Both the position numbers and the translations under genes were made by a program. A DNA stretch of 63,721 nucleotides from Bellilinea sp. (lineage in GTDB: Bacteria; Chloroflexota; Anaerolineae; Anaerolineales; Anaerolineaceae), in assembly GCA_037442545.1 (NCBI GenBank), contig JBBIQB010000001.1, forward strand, positions 1 to 63,721. The letters run 5' to 3'. Below the pieces are notes generated by a model. It did not search any database. It was given only the letters and a program-made list of their open reading frames with translations, and was not told where the DNA came from. Of the stretch, positions 27,787-36,442 are shown piece by piece (the stretch's first letter is position 1; each line of letters begins with the position of its first letter).

Positions 27787-28278
27787 ATGGAGCATCTCTG
27801 GTCGCCGTGGCGTATGAAATACATCCAGCAAAACGATAAAGCCAACGAGTGCGTCTTCTGCCTTGCTCCCCAGCAGCCAGACAGCAGCGAAAACCTGATC
27901 ATCGCCCGCGCCGAGCGGGCTTTTGTCATCCTCAACCGCTTCCCGTATACCAGCGGGCACATCATGGCGGTGCCGTACGCCCACCAGCCCAGCCTGCCGC
28001 AGTTGGATGCCGCCACGCGGGCGGAGGTGATGGAACTGATCAACCGCGGCATGCAGGCACTGCAAATGGTGTACCAGCCGGAGGGCTTCAATCTGGGCGC
28101 CAACATTGGCGGCGTGGCGGGGGCGGGCATCGCCGGGCATTTTCACATTCACGTCGTGCCGCGCTGGACGGGGGACACCAACTTCATGTCCACCCTGGCA
28201 GGGACACGCGTACTGCCCGAAACGCTGGAGGATAGTTACCGCCGCATTCGCGAGGGGTGGAAGCAACTGTATTCATAA
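27787..28278 (+). CDS. HIT-family hydrolase
   Basis: LWSPWRMKYI, CVFC, LNRFPY, HFHIHVVPRW. Confidence 0.93.
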   Translation: MEHLWSPWRMKYIQQNDKANECVFCLAPQQPDSSENLIIARAERAFVILNRFPYTSGHIMAVPYAHQPSLPQLDAATRAEVMELINRGMQALQMVYQPEGFNLGANIGGVAGAGIAGHFHIHVVPRWTGDTNFMSTLAGTRVLPETLEDSYRRIREGWKQLYS

Positions 28279-28366
28279 GCGCAAACGCGCGCTAAACCAG
28301 GGGCTGCGGTACGGCAGATTCCAGCGGGCTGGCTTCAGCCTACATTACGATTACCGGAGACACGGC

Positions 28367-28783
28367 ATGGCATCCACTACGGTTAAATGGATTGGCGGCA
28401 AACAATTCGTCGGTATCGATTCGACCAACCATTCGGTCGTCCTGTCCACCGCGGAGGAAGGGGTGGGCATGAAGCCCTCCGAACTGCTGCTGGTGGCATT
28501 ATCCGCCTGCACGGCGGTGGACGTGGTCAATATCCTGTTGAAAAAGCGCATCCAGCTGACCTTCTTGGAGATTAAAGCCGAGGGCGTGCAGGACAGCGAC
28601 CCGCCGTGGACCTTTCGCAAGATTAACCTGCTCTACCGGCTGGGCGGCAAAGGGCTGACCGCCGCGGCAGTGGAGCAAGCCATTCACCTCTCCGAGGAGA
28701 AATACTGCTCGGTTTCCAACACGGTGCGCGGCGTGGCGCAGATCACCACCGCCTACGAACTGGTCGGCGAATCCACCGGCTGA
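28367..28783 (+). CDS. OsmC family protein (YhfA-like)
   Basis: KPSELLLVALSACTAVDVV, LSEEKYCSV; GGAG RBS. Confidence 0.88.
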   Translation: MASTTVKWIGGKQFVGIDSTNHSVVLSTAEEGVGMKPSELLLVALSACTAVDVVNILLKKRIQLTFLEIKAEGVQDSDPPWTFRKINLLYRLGGKGLTAAAVEQAIHLSEEKYCSVSNTVRGVAQITTAYELVGESTG

Positions 28784-28790
28784 GGGCGCA

Positions 28791-28808
28791 CCCTTCGACA
28801 CGCTCAGG
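28791..28808. repeat. REP-like element (CTTCGA family)
   Basis: CCCTTCGACACGCTCAGG between convergent genes. Confidence 0.6.
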
Positions 28809-28875
28809 CGGATGCTAGCAACACATTGCTCAGGGGCGGGCAGCAGCAAGCCTAGCCCGTGCCTCAGGCGCAGAT

Positions 28876-29433
28876 TTAGCAGTCCGCCTCGGGCGGGTAG
28901 AGCTGCGGGTTCTTGAACGGGATCAGCGCCAGCAGCACCGCCTGTTCGTAATAGGCCGCGCGGTCGAGCGCGTCGTGGGTCAACAGCCCGACCGCGCCGT
29001 TGCCCTGCTTGGAATTCTGCCGCCCAAAGATGCGGTCGTCCGCCTCGCCCAGTTCGACACCGCGCCGCACCAGTTCCGCCAGCGCCGGCGGCAGGTAAAA
29101 GGCGCTGCTGCGCGCCTTGCCGCAGCGCCCGGCAGAGAGCGCCGCCACCCAGGCGAAGGCGCTCATCTCGCCGCGGCTGTCCTCCACCCCGCCCTCCACA
29201 CCGACCCAGTAATCCGCCTCCGGCAGAGCCGCCCGCGCCGCCCGTGCGCGGTTTAGCGCGCCTTGCAGCGTTTCGGCATCGCTGAACGGCTGGTCGCTCA
29301 CCCCGGAGGGCACGCCAATTCCGCGCACGGCAAACGCCTGAGCGGGGAACATGCGCTCGAAGCCAGCCTGCACACACGCCCGTTTGACCGGGTTTAACGA
29401 AGCCACTACCACCTGAACCACCCTCTCCACCAT
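28876..29433 (-). CDS. yjjX: Inosine/xanthosine triphosphatase
   Basis: VASLNPVK, SGVSDQP, GALNRA, VGVEGG, GVELGEADD, GAVGLLT. Confidence 0.92.
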   Translation of the reverse strand: MVERVVQVVVASLNPVKRACVQAGFERMFPAQAFAVRGIGVPSGVSDQPFSDAETLQGALNRARAARAALPEADYWVGVEGGVEDSRGEMSAFAWVAALSAGRCGKARSSAFYLPPALAELVRRGVELGEADDRIFGRQNSKQGNGAVGLLTHDALDRAAYYEQAVLLALIPFKNPQLYPPEADC

Positions 29434-29454
29434 GCTGATACTCCTGCGACTCGC

Positions 29455-29592
29455 TTATCCCGGCGGCGACCAGCCGCCCACCACCCACAACCCGCCGGGC
29501 GGGGCGAGCGGGTGCTCCCAGCCGCGCTCGGAGAAGACGCGCTCCCGATTGGCGCTGGATTGAGCGTGTCGGGCGAAGATCAGGCGCAGCAT
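29455..29592 (-). pseudogene. Truncated histidine-phosphatase family gene
   Basis: MLRLIFARHAQSSAN...HPL is a histidine phosphatase N-terminus, but the ORF ends after 45 aa. Confidence 0.65.
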
Positions 29593-29596
29593 GACC

Positions 29597-30364
29597 TCAC
29601 GGCTTGATCGCCCGGGTGGCAATGTAGGATGGAATATACTCGCCGAGCACGCTGGTCGGGTCAATGTCCTCGAACAAACCGGTCAGCACCAGCCCAGCCG
29701 CCAGTTGACCACCGATCTGCTCGTCGAGCGAATGGCTCCATTCCAGCGGCAGACCTTGCGCCATGTACGTTTGGAGCTGCTCGGGGGTCTGGTGGGTCAG
29801 GTCGGAATAGGGCAAGCGGTTGCGCACCACCAGCCGCCCCTGGTCGAGCTGATCGAAGTCGAACAGGTAAGCCAGCGGGTTGTTGAAGCCCGCCAGCAAC
29901 ACCCCACCGCGGCGCAGCACGCGGCTGGCTTCGCGCCACATGGGCAGCACGTCCGGGATGAAAATATTGGACACCGGGTGCACGATCAGGTCGAAACTCT
30001 GGTTGGCGAAGACCGACAGGTCGCGCATGTCGCCCTCCACCAGGCGGATAGCAAAGCCCTCGCGCTGTGCCACGCGGCGGTCCTGCGCCAGCTGGGCAGG
30101 TGAATTATCGAACACGGTCACATTCGCGCCGCAGGCTGCCAGCAGCGGACCCTGCTGACCGCCGCCGGAAGCCAGGCAGAGCACCTCGGCGCCCGCCAGC
30201 GGCGGGAACCATTCAGCGGGCACAAAGCGGGTGGGGGTGAGCAGAATGCGCAGTTCGCCGCGGCGGGCGGCTTCGACTTCCTGCGGGTTGACCGGCACAG
30301 TCCACGGGTTGCCGCGCTCGACCTCGCGGTTCCACGCCTCGCGGTTGTAAGCACGAATATCCAT
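29597..30364 (-). CDS. Class I SAM-dependent methyltransferase
   Basis: [28 protein letters not shown]; GGAGG RBS. Confidence 0.88.
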   Translation of the reverse strand: MDIRAYNREAWNREVERGNPWTVPVNPQEVEAARRGELRILLTPTRFVPAEWFPPLAGAEVLCLASGGGQQGPLLAACGANVTVFDNSPAQLAQDRRVAQREGFAIRLVEGDMRDLSVFANQSFDLIVHPVSNIFIPDVLPMWREASRVLRRGGVLLAGFNNPLAYLFDFDQLDQGRLVVRNRLPYSDLTHQTPEQLQTYMAQGLPLEWSHSLDEQIGGQLAAGLVLTGLFEDIDPTSVLGEYIPSYIATRAIKP

Positions 30365-30468
30365 GTGCCCCTCCGGGTGTGATTTTGCTCTGATTGTACC
30401 GTGAATCAAGGTATCATTGTTCTTGGAACGCGAACTTGCACTGCCATGCTGCCCGCCGGAGGTTGCCG

Positions 30469-31167
30469 ATGCCCGCTACACCCGTGATCATCGCCGCTGC
30501 CATGCTGCTCTTTTTCGCCGCCATCGTCGCGCTAATGCTGTGGCAGAGCCGCCGCTGGCAGCAAAGCCGCGCCCAGATTATGGCACGGCACGGCTTGACC
30601 CTGCTCGATCCGCCGCCGGACGAATACGTCCGCCGCATCCTGGCTCTGCAGCCCGCCCGCCGGAGCGTGATCACGGTCACCCGCCTGGCGCGCCGTTCAA
30701 TGCTGGACGGTGAGTTGATCCTTTACGATCTGCGCTCCGCCGGGCGGGAGAACGACCTGGATCAGGACAATGTGATGGTCGTCTCACCCAGCCTCGACCT
30801 GCCGCGCTTTGCGCTCTTCCCGCTGCCCGCCTTCGGTGTCAAAGCCGGCGGGGTGGTTGACCGGCTGGTGAGCGCCGTAGCCGATATGGCAAGCGGACAT
30901 ACCGGCATGGTGCGGGCGCGCCTGCCGGGCGCGCCGGAGTTCGAGCAGCGCTATTCGCTGATGGCAGAGGACGAGTTCGCCGCGCGCGACTTTTTCACCC
31001 CGCAGCGCGTGGGCGACCTGCTGGCACTCGAGCAGCCGGTCACGCTGTTCGCCCGCGGGGACACCTATCAGGTCAGCCTGATCTTCGCGCAGGCAAAGTC
31101 GCCGGGCGATACGCTCGAGCGCACCATCCAGGTCGCCCGCCGCCTGCTGCCGCTATTGCAGGGTTGA
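30469..31167 (+). CDS. Hypothetical membrane-anchored protein
   Basis: GGAGG RBS, N-terminal TM helix, host-like codon usage. Confidence 0.65.
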   Translation: MPATPVIIAAAMLLFFAAIVALMLWQSRRWQQSRAQIMARHGLTLLDPPPDEYVRRILALQPARRSVITVTRLARRSMLDGELILYDLRSAGRENDLDQDNVMVVSPSLDLPRFALFPLPAFGVKAGGVVDRLVSAVADMASGHTGMVRARLPGAPEFEQRYSLMAEDEFAARDFFTPQRVGDLLALEQPVTLFARGDTYQVSLIFAQAKSPGDTLERTIQVARRLLPLLQG

Positions 31168-31239
31168 AGCCCGCCGCGGCGCGGGAACTTTCGCCCGCCG
31201 GACGGGCATTGTATACTTACTGCCGCCCCTGCCCGCGCG

Positions 31240-31430
31240 GGCGGCGCGCTGTTGCTGGTGGCGGCGCTGATCGGCATGCTGGTCTGGTTTGGCTGGGCGG
31301 CGCGCAAGAAACCCTCCTGGCAGGAGGCGGGCGTGGCGGGCAGGCTGCTGCTCGTCCCACTGGCGGCGTCGCTGCTGCCGCGCATTGGCGATGTGCTGCT
31401 GGCAGCTGTTTTACCTGTTGTGGAGTTGAG
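31240..31430 (+). pseudogene. Membrane-protein gene remnant at the left edge of the copper island
   Basis: Hydrophobic GGALLLVAALIG...DVLLA with no good start; its apparent ending LFYLLWS* is one base out of frame and lies in the direct repeat. Confidence 0.4.
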
Positions 31431-31433
31431 CCG
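31405..31433 (+). repeat. Left 29-bp direct repeat flanking the copper module
   Basis: GCTGTTTTACCTGTTGTGGAGTTGAGCCG; 28/29 identical to 35438-35466. Confidence 0.9.
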
Positions 31434-31595
31434 CCAATCGCTGCTTGCGGACGGGAGTTGCTTCCCCGGTGCGGAATTGAATCATACCAGCTGGGAGTTC
31501 AGAGTAGTCATGCGCCAGGGATAGGGAGCATCCCTTCGGCGCCGTCTCTGCATACAAGTTATTAATTCGGAAATCCAGTTAATTCACTCCGATAC

Positions 31596-31659
31596 TTGAT
31601 AAAAAAGATCATGTTGGCTATAATTAACCTACCCCCACCCCTGCCGGGAGGGGGTAGGT
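31596..31659 (+). promoter_or_regulatory. Copper operon promoter and CsoR-type operator
   Basis: TTGATA-N17-TATAAT (31596-31624) followed by the C/G-tract inverted repeat ACCTACCCCC-N13-GGGGGTAGGT. Confidence 0.7.
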
Positions 31660-31690
31660 ATTTCTCTTTTATTCGACATAAGGAGAAAAA

Positions 31691-33853
31691 ATGCCCAACC
31701 AACACACACAGCACAAGGACGACCCGCATTCGGGTCATGGCATGCATTCACCATCCGAAACCATCTCGGAAACCGCACTTTCCCCACTCACACAGGCTGA
31801 ACGTGACCAAAATCGGGCTGACGCTCAACGGCACACCCACACAGAAAGCGCAAACCAACCCGCCAACCATGTAGATCACATGGGCCACGAAGACATATTC
31901 CGGCGCAAATTTTGGCTTTCTCTCCTGCTTTCGGTACCGGTGCTTTTGTATAGCCAGGGCTTTCAAATGCTGCTGGGGTTCTCCCCTCCTTATTTCCCCG
32001 GAAGCCAATGGGTGGCGCCGCTCTTTGCCGTGATTGTCTTTGGATATGGCGGACTGCCGTTCCTTAAAATGGCGCTGCCCGAACTGAAGTTTCGGCAGCC
32101 CGGCATGATGACTCTCGTTTCCCTGGCAATTTCGGTTGCTTTCATCTACAGTCTGGCGGCTCTATTCATTCCCGGACAGATGGATTTCTTTTGGGAGCTG
32201 GTTACCCTGATCGACATCATGTTGCTCGGTCACTGGATCGAAATGCGCAGCGTTCGCCAGGCTTCCGGCGCATTGAACGAATTGGCAAAATTGATGCCCG
32301 ACCACGCTGAACGCATAGGTTTGGATGGAGAGATCGAAAACGTGCCGGTCAGTCGTCTGCGCCAGGGCGACCGCGTATTGGTGCGCCCGGGCGCCAACAT
32401 TCCGGCGGACGGCGTGGTAATTGAAGGTGAATCAGCGGTCAACGAGGCAATGATCACCGGCGAATCGAAACCGGTGCGAAAAACCCCTGGTACGGGGGTA
32501 ATTGGTGGTTCTGTCAATGGAGAAGGCAGCCTGCGCATTCGCGTAACCGCCACTGGCGATCAAACCGCCTTGGCAGGGATTATGCGCCTGATCCAGCAAG
32601 CGCAGCAATCCAAAAACCGCACCCAAATTCTGGCGGACCGGGCCGCCGGGTGGTTGTTTTACATTGCCCTGGCTGTGGCAGCCATCACAGCGGTAACCTG
32701 GACGGTTGGCAGCGGTTTCAACCTGGCGGTGGTCGAACGGGTCGCTACTGTGCTGGTGATCGCCTGCCCCCATGCGCTGGGGCTGGCGATCCCGCTCGTC
32801 GTGGCAATCACCACCGCCGTAGGGGCATCCAACGGCATTTTGGTGCGCGATCGTTTAGCGCTGGAAAAGATGCGCCTTGTGGATACGGTATTGTTCGACA
32901 AAACCGGCACCCTGACCGAAGGCCGTTTTGGCATGACCGGCTGGGAAACCGTTGGTGAACTGCAGCCGGATGAAGCACTTGCCTTGGCTGCGGCGGTTGA
33001 AGGCGATTCAGAGCATACCATCGCGCGCGCCATTCGCGATAGTGCTGCCCGGCGCGGATTGACCTTGCCAAAAGTTTACGGTTTCGAAGCGATCAAAGGA
33101 CGCGGCGCCAAAGCGCTCCTTGACAACCGCGAGTTCTATATCGGTGGACCGCGCCTGCTCGAGATGCTCAAGGTGAATTTGCCAGATCAATTTGCCCGTT
33201 TCGAACAAAGTGCCAGCGTCAAGGGACACAGCGTGGTACATCTAATCCGCGCAGATCATTCCCTTGCTCACCCGGAGGTTATTGCCTCCTTTGCGCTGGC
33301 AGATGTAATTCGATCCGAAAGCACGCAGGCAGTGCGCACTTTGCAGCAAATGGGTGTACAGGTGGCAATGTTAACCGGCGATAGCCGCGCAGTTGCCCGC
33401 ACTGTGGCGGACGAGCTGGGGATCGATACTTTTTTTGCCGAAGTGCTGCCGGAACACAAAGACGCAAAAGTGAGCGAACTGCAAAGTCGCGGTCACAAAG
33501 TCGCAATGGTTGGGGATGGGATCAATGACGCGCCCGCGTTAACGCGCGCCGATGTAGGCATTGCCATCGGAAGCGGTACCGATGTAGCCGTTGAGTCGGC
33601 TGGCATTATTCTGGTGCGCAGCAATCCGGAGGATATTGTCAAGATCATCCGGCTTAGCCGGGCAAGTTACCGAAAAATGATCCAGAACCTGATCTGGGCG
33701 GCTGGATATAACGTGGTAACGCTGCCACTTGCAGCCGGTATATTAGCGCCGGTGGGTATATCCCTTTCCCCGGCAATTGGTGCGGTGTTGATGTCGCTGA
33801 GCACCGTCATCGTCGCCCTCAATGCACAATTGCTTCGCCGATTAACATTCTGA
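31691..33853 (+). CDS. copB: Copper-translocating P1B-3 ATPase
   Basis: His-rich N-terminus, [22 protein letters not shown] and MSLST motifs. Confidence 0.9.
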   Translation: MPNQHTQHKDDPHSGHGMHSPSETISETALSPLTQAERDQNRADAQRHTHTESANQPANHVDHMGHEDIFRRKFWLSLLLSVPVLLYSQGFQMLLGFSPPYFPGSQWVAPLFAVIVFGYGGLPFLKMALPELKFRQPGMMTLVSLAISVAFIYSLAALFIPGQMDFFWELVTLIDIMLLGHWIEMRSVRQASGALNELAKLMPDHAERIGLDGEIENVPVSRLRQGDRVLVRPGANIPADGVVIEGESAVNEAMITGESKPVRKTPGTGVIGGSVNGEGSLRIRVTATGDQTALAGIMRLIQQAQQSKNRTQILADRAAGWLFYIALAVAAITAVTWTVGSGFNLAVVERVATVLVIACPHALGLAIPLVVAITTAVGASNGILVRDRLALEKMRLVDTVLFDKTGTLTEGRFGMTGWETVGELQPDEALALAAAVEGDSEHTIARAIRDSAARRGLTLPKVYGFEAIKGRGAKALLDNREFYIGGPRLLEMLKVNLPDQFARFEQSASVKGHSVVHLIRADHSLAHPEVIASFALADVIRSESTQAVRTLQQMGVQVAMLTGDSRAVARTVADELGIDTFFAEVLPEHKDAKVSELQSRGHKVAMVGDGINDAPALTRADVGIAIGSGTDVAVESAGIILVRSNPEDIVKIIRLSRASYRKMIQNLIWAAGYNVVTLPLAAGILAPVGISLSPAIGAVLMSLSTVIVALNAQLLRRLTF

Positions 33854-33904
33854 ACTGCGCCAACGAAATGAACGTCCCAAAAGTGTGTAAAAGGAGATAG
33901 ATCA

Positions 33905-34963
33905 ATGCGTAACGCATGGATGGTCGTGATTGGTATAGCTTTTTTACTTTCCGCCTGCGCGGCTCTTCCGCGCCCGGAACCCGGCAAACAGGACTCACCC
34001 CAAGTGAGTCTCGCGACTCCAACGCCGGGGACGATGACCAGCCGCGATGGTGATCATGGAATGCAGTCAATTCCCAGCGAGGGAGTCGAGCTGGCAAGCG
34101 AGACTCGCGGTGGACAACCGCTTTCCTATCGGATGGAAGCAGGGGTAAAAGTGTTTGAACTGACCGCCTACCCAATTCGCTGGCAAATCTTACCGGATGT
34201 AACCGTAACCGCCTGGAGCTACAACGGCACAGTACCAGGACCGCTGATCCGCGTTACCGAAGGCGATCGGGTGCGGATTGTTTTCAAAAACGATCTCCCT
34301 GAATCAACCACCGTTCACTGGCATGGGATTGAGGTGCCCAACGACATGGATGGCGTGCCCGGAGTAACCCAACCGCCGGTTCAACCGGGAGAAACGTTCG
34401 TTTATGAATTCGAAGCCAAACCTGCCGGATCATTTATGTATCATTCGCATGTCAATAGCGATGTGCAAGTACCGATTGGCTTATATGCTCCTTTCATCAT
34501 AGACCCGCAGCAACCGCCTCAACAGCCGCCAGATGTCGATGTCAGTTTGATGCTATCGGAATGGTTGGTGAAGAATGAACGCACCTATCCCGCCATGCCC
34601 ATGGCGGGCATGGAGCCCAATTACTTTACCATCAATGGCAAAGCCTTCCCAGCCACAGAGATGATCGAAGTCAAAAAAGGACAGCGGGTGCGGATACGAT
34701 TTTTTGGCATTGGGCAATTCGTCCATCCAATGCACCTGCACGGCGTTCCTTTCAAGATAACCGCCACGGATGGTCACCCGGTACCCGAAGGCGCGCAATT
34801 AACCAAAGATACCGTCTTGGTCTCACCGGGTGAACGCTATGACATAGAATTCATAGCCACCGAAGTTGGAGAGTGGATGTTGCACTGTCACATCCCTCAT
34901 CACACGACGAACGACCACGCCGAACCCGGCGGGTTGATGTTGATGATTTCCGTAACCGAATAA
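33905..34963 (+). CDS. Two-domain multicopper oxidase lipoprotein
   Basis: Lipobox LSAC; HWH, HSH, HPMHLH and HCHIPHH...M copper motifs in 352 aa. Confidence 0.88.
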   Translation: MRNAWMVVIGIAFLLSACAALPRPEPGKQDSPQVSLATPTPGTMTSRDGDHGMQSIPSEGVELASETRGGQPLSYRMEAGVKVFELTAYPIRWQILPDVTVTAWSYNGTVPGPLIRVTEGDRVRIVFKNDLPESTTVHWHGIEVPNDMDGVPGVTQPPVQPGETFVYEFEAKPAGSFMYHSHVNSDVQVPIGLYAPFIIDPQQPPQQPPDVDVSLMLSEWLVKNERTYPAMPMAGMEPNYFTINGKAFPATEMIEVKKGQRVRIRFFGIGQFVHPMHLHGVPFKITATDGHPVPEGAQLTKDTVLVSPGERYDIEFIATEVGEWMLHCHIPHHTTNDHAEPGGLMLMISVTE

Positions 34964-34984
34964 GATGCGAAAAAAGGACTACCC

Positions 34985-35386
34985 ATGAATAATCCACTCT
35001 TTCGAACTTTCCTTTTGCTGCTCCTGTCTTTCATTTTCTTGGCAGCCTGCAGTAATCCCACGCCAACCGAGAGTCCGTTGCCTGCTGCGCGGGGAATCAG
35101 CGTTACCCTGAAGACCCAACCCGACATACCGGTGGTTGGGGATATCGAATTGTTGCTGGATATTGCCGATGAAAATGGGCAGCCGCTTGACGGTGCAGTG
35201 GTCGAAGTGAGCGCAGATCACACGGATATGAGCGGCATGGTGATGAGCGGTACGGCAACCGGGCAAGGCAATGGACGCTACGCCATCACCGCCGACTTCA
35301 GCATGTCGGGCAATTGGTTGGTTACCGTCTCGATCAAAAAGGACGCGATAGAGGAAAAACATGAAATTCGTCTGAAAATCGAATAA
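34985..35386 (+). CDS. FixH/YtkA-like lipoprotein (putative copper chaperone)
   Basis: Lipobox LAAC; DHTDMSGM, GRY, FSMSGNW motifs. Confidence 0.75.
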   Translation: MNNPLFRTFLLLLLSFIFLAACSNPTPTESPLPAARGISVTLKTQPDIPVVGDIELLLDIADENGQPLDGAVVEVSADHTDMSGMVMSGTATGQGNGRYAITADFSMSGNWLVTVSIKKDAIEEKHEIRLKIE

Positions 35387-35437
35387 CCTGGAATTCCAGG
35401 TTATTCGATGTGCGATCAAGTCCAGTCCGCAGGCGGT

Positions 35438-35466
35438 GCTGTTTTACCGGTTGTGGAGTTGAGCCG
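35438..35466 (+). repeat. Right 29-bp direct repeat flanking the copper module
   Basis: GCTGTTTTACCGGTTGTGGAGTTGAGCCG. Confidence 0.9.
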
Positions 35467-35498
35467 GGCTGGGGTACAATAAGGAAAGGGAGGCAAGC

Positions 35499-35627
35499 AT
35501 GCACACCCACCCCCAACTGGAACGACTGGATCAGATTGCCCGCCCGTGGCGCGAAGACGCAGCCCTGGCAGCCGCCAGCGCACTGGAGTGCGAACTGGGC
35601 GGCTGGCAGCCGCCCGCCGGGATGTGA
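35499..35627 (+). CDS. Small ORF (42 aa) or gene remnant
   Basis: TACAAT -10 and GGGAGG RBS upstream; MHTHPQLERLDQIARPWREDAAL...GWQPPAGM*. Confidence 0.35.
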   Translation: MHTHPQLERLDQIARPWREDAALAAASALECELGGWQPPAGM

Positions 35628-35634
35628 GCGCGCC

Positions 35635-36234
35635 ATGCGTATCATTACCTTTGATTTGTTTGCCGTGCTGGGGCTGGCGGTCGGATGTGCGCTGCTGCCC
35701 GGTATGTGGCGCGCGCGGCGCAGCCTGTCGCAGCTGTTCTTCTTCAGCCTGTTTTGGGCATACCTGCTGCTGGTGGTCAACCTGACGCTCTTCCCAATAT
35801 ACATCGACCCATCGTTCGCCGCCGCGCGGTCGTGGCAATTCATGGGGAATATTAACCCGCTGCCGCTGGATTTTAGCGCATATTTTTCGCTGCGCGCCGC
35901 GCTGCGCGAAGCCATGCTCAATACGCTGATGACCATCCCGTTTGGCATTCTCGTCCCGTTGATCACACCGCTGCGCGGCTGGCGCGCGCTGGCGCTGTTG
36001 GCGGTGTTTGGGCTGGGCTTCGAGGCTGCCCAGTTGAGCATCTCGCTGCTGATCGGCTTCCCCTACCGGGTGATCGACGCCAACGACGTGGTCTTCAACG
36101 GGCTGGGTGCGTTGACCGGCTATATCGTCTTCCGGCTGTGCGCCGGGCTGTACCTGGGGTTGCTGCGCGCGCTGCGCCTGCGCCCGCGCGGGCTGTTTGC
36201 CTATCTGCAGCGCATGGCGCTGGGCGAGGCGTGA
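35635..36234 (+). CDS. VanZ-family membrane protein
   Basis: TLFP, NTLMTIPFG, FEAAQL, RVIDANDVVFNGLG. Confidence 0.82.
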   Translation: MRIITFDLFAVLGLAVGCALLPGMWRARRSLSQLFFFSLFWAYLLLVVNLTLFPIYIDPSFAAARSWQFMGNINPLPLDFSAYFSLRAALREAMLNTLMTIPFGILVPLITPLRGWRALALLAVFGLGFEAAQLSISLLIGFPYRVIDANDVVFNGLGALTGYIVFRLCAGLYLGLLRALRLRPRGLFAYLQRMALGEA

Positions 36235-36442
36235 TGGGCTAATTCCACGCCCAGCCCTGTCCGGGCATTTCGATACGATCAATAGTTGGGCGGCGGTTAA
36301 CTGCTTTCACCTGTTGTGCAGCAGCCATTTATCGGCGTGTGGACGGCTGGCTTCGGGTATAATTTTTATATCATCAATCAACGCCGCGCGGGGCAGACCA
36401 TCATCTGCGGCGATTCACACCACCCCAACCCAATTGGTTTGC

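Larger units (their letters stand above)
31405..35466. mobile_element. Putative copper-resistance genomic islet (no integrase inside)
   Basis: Flanking 29-bp direct repeats, visibly lower GC and different codon usage than the flanks, self-contained copper operon. Confidence 0.6.
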
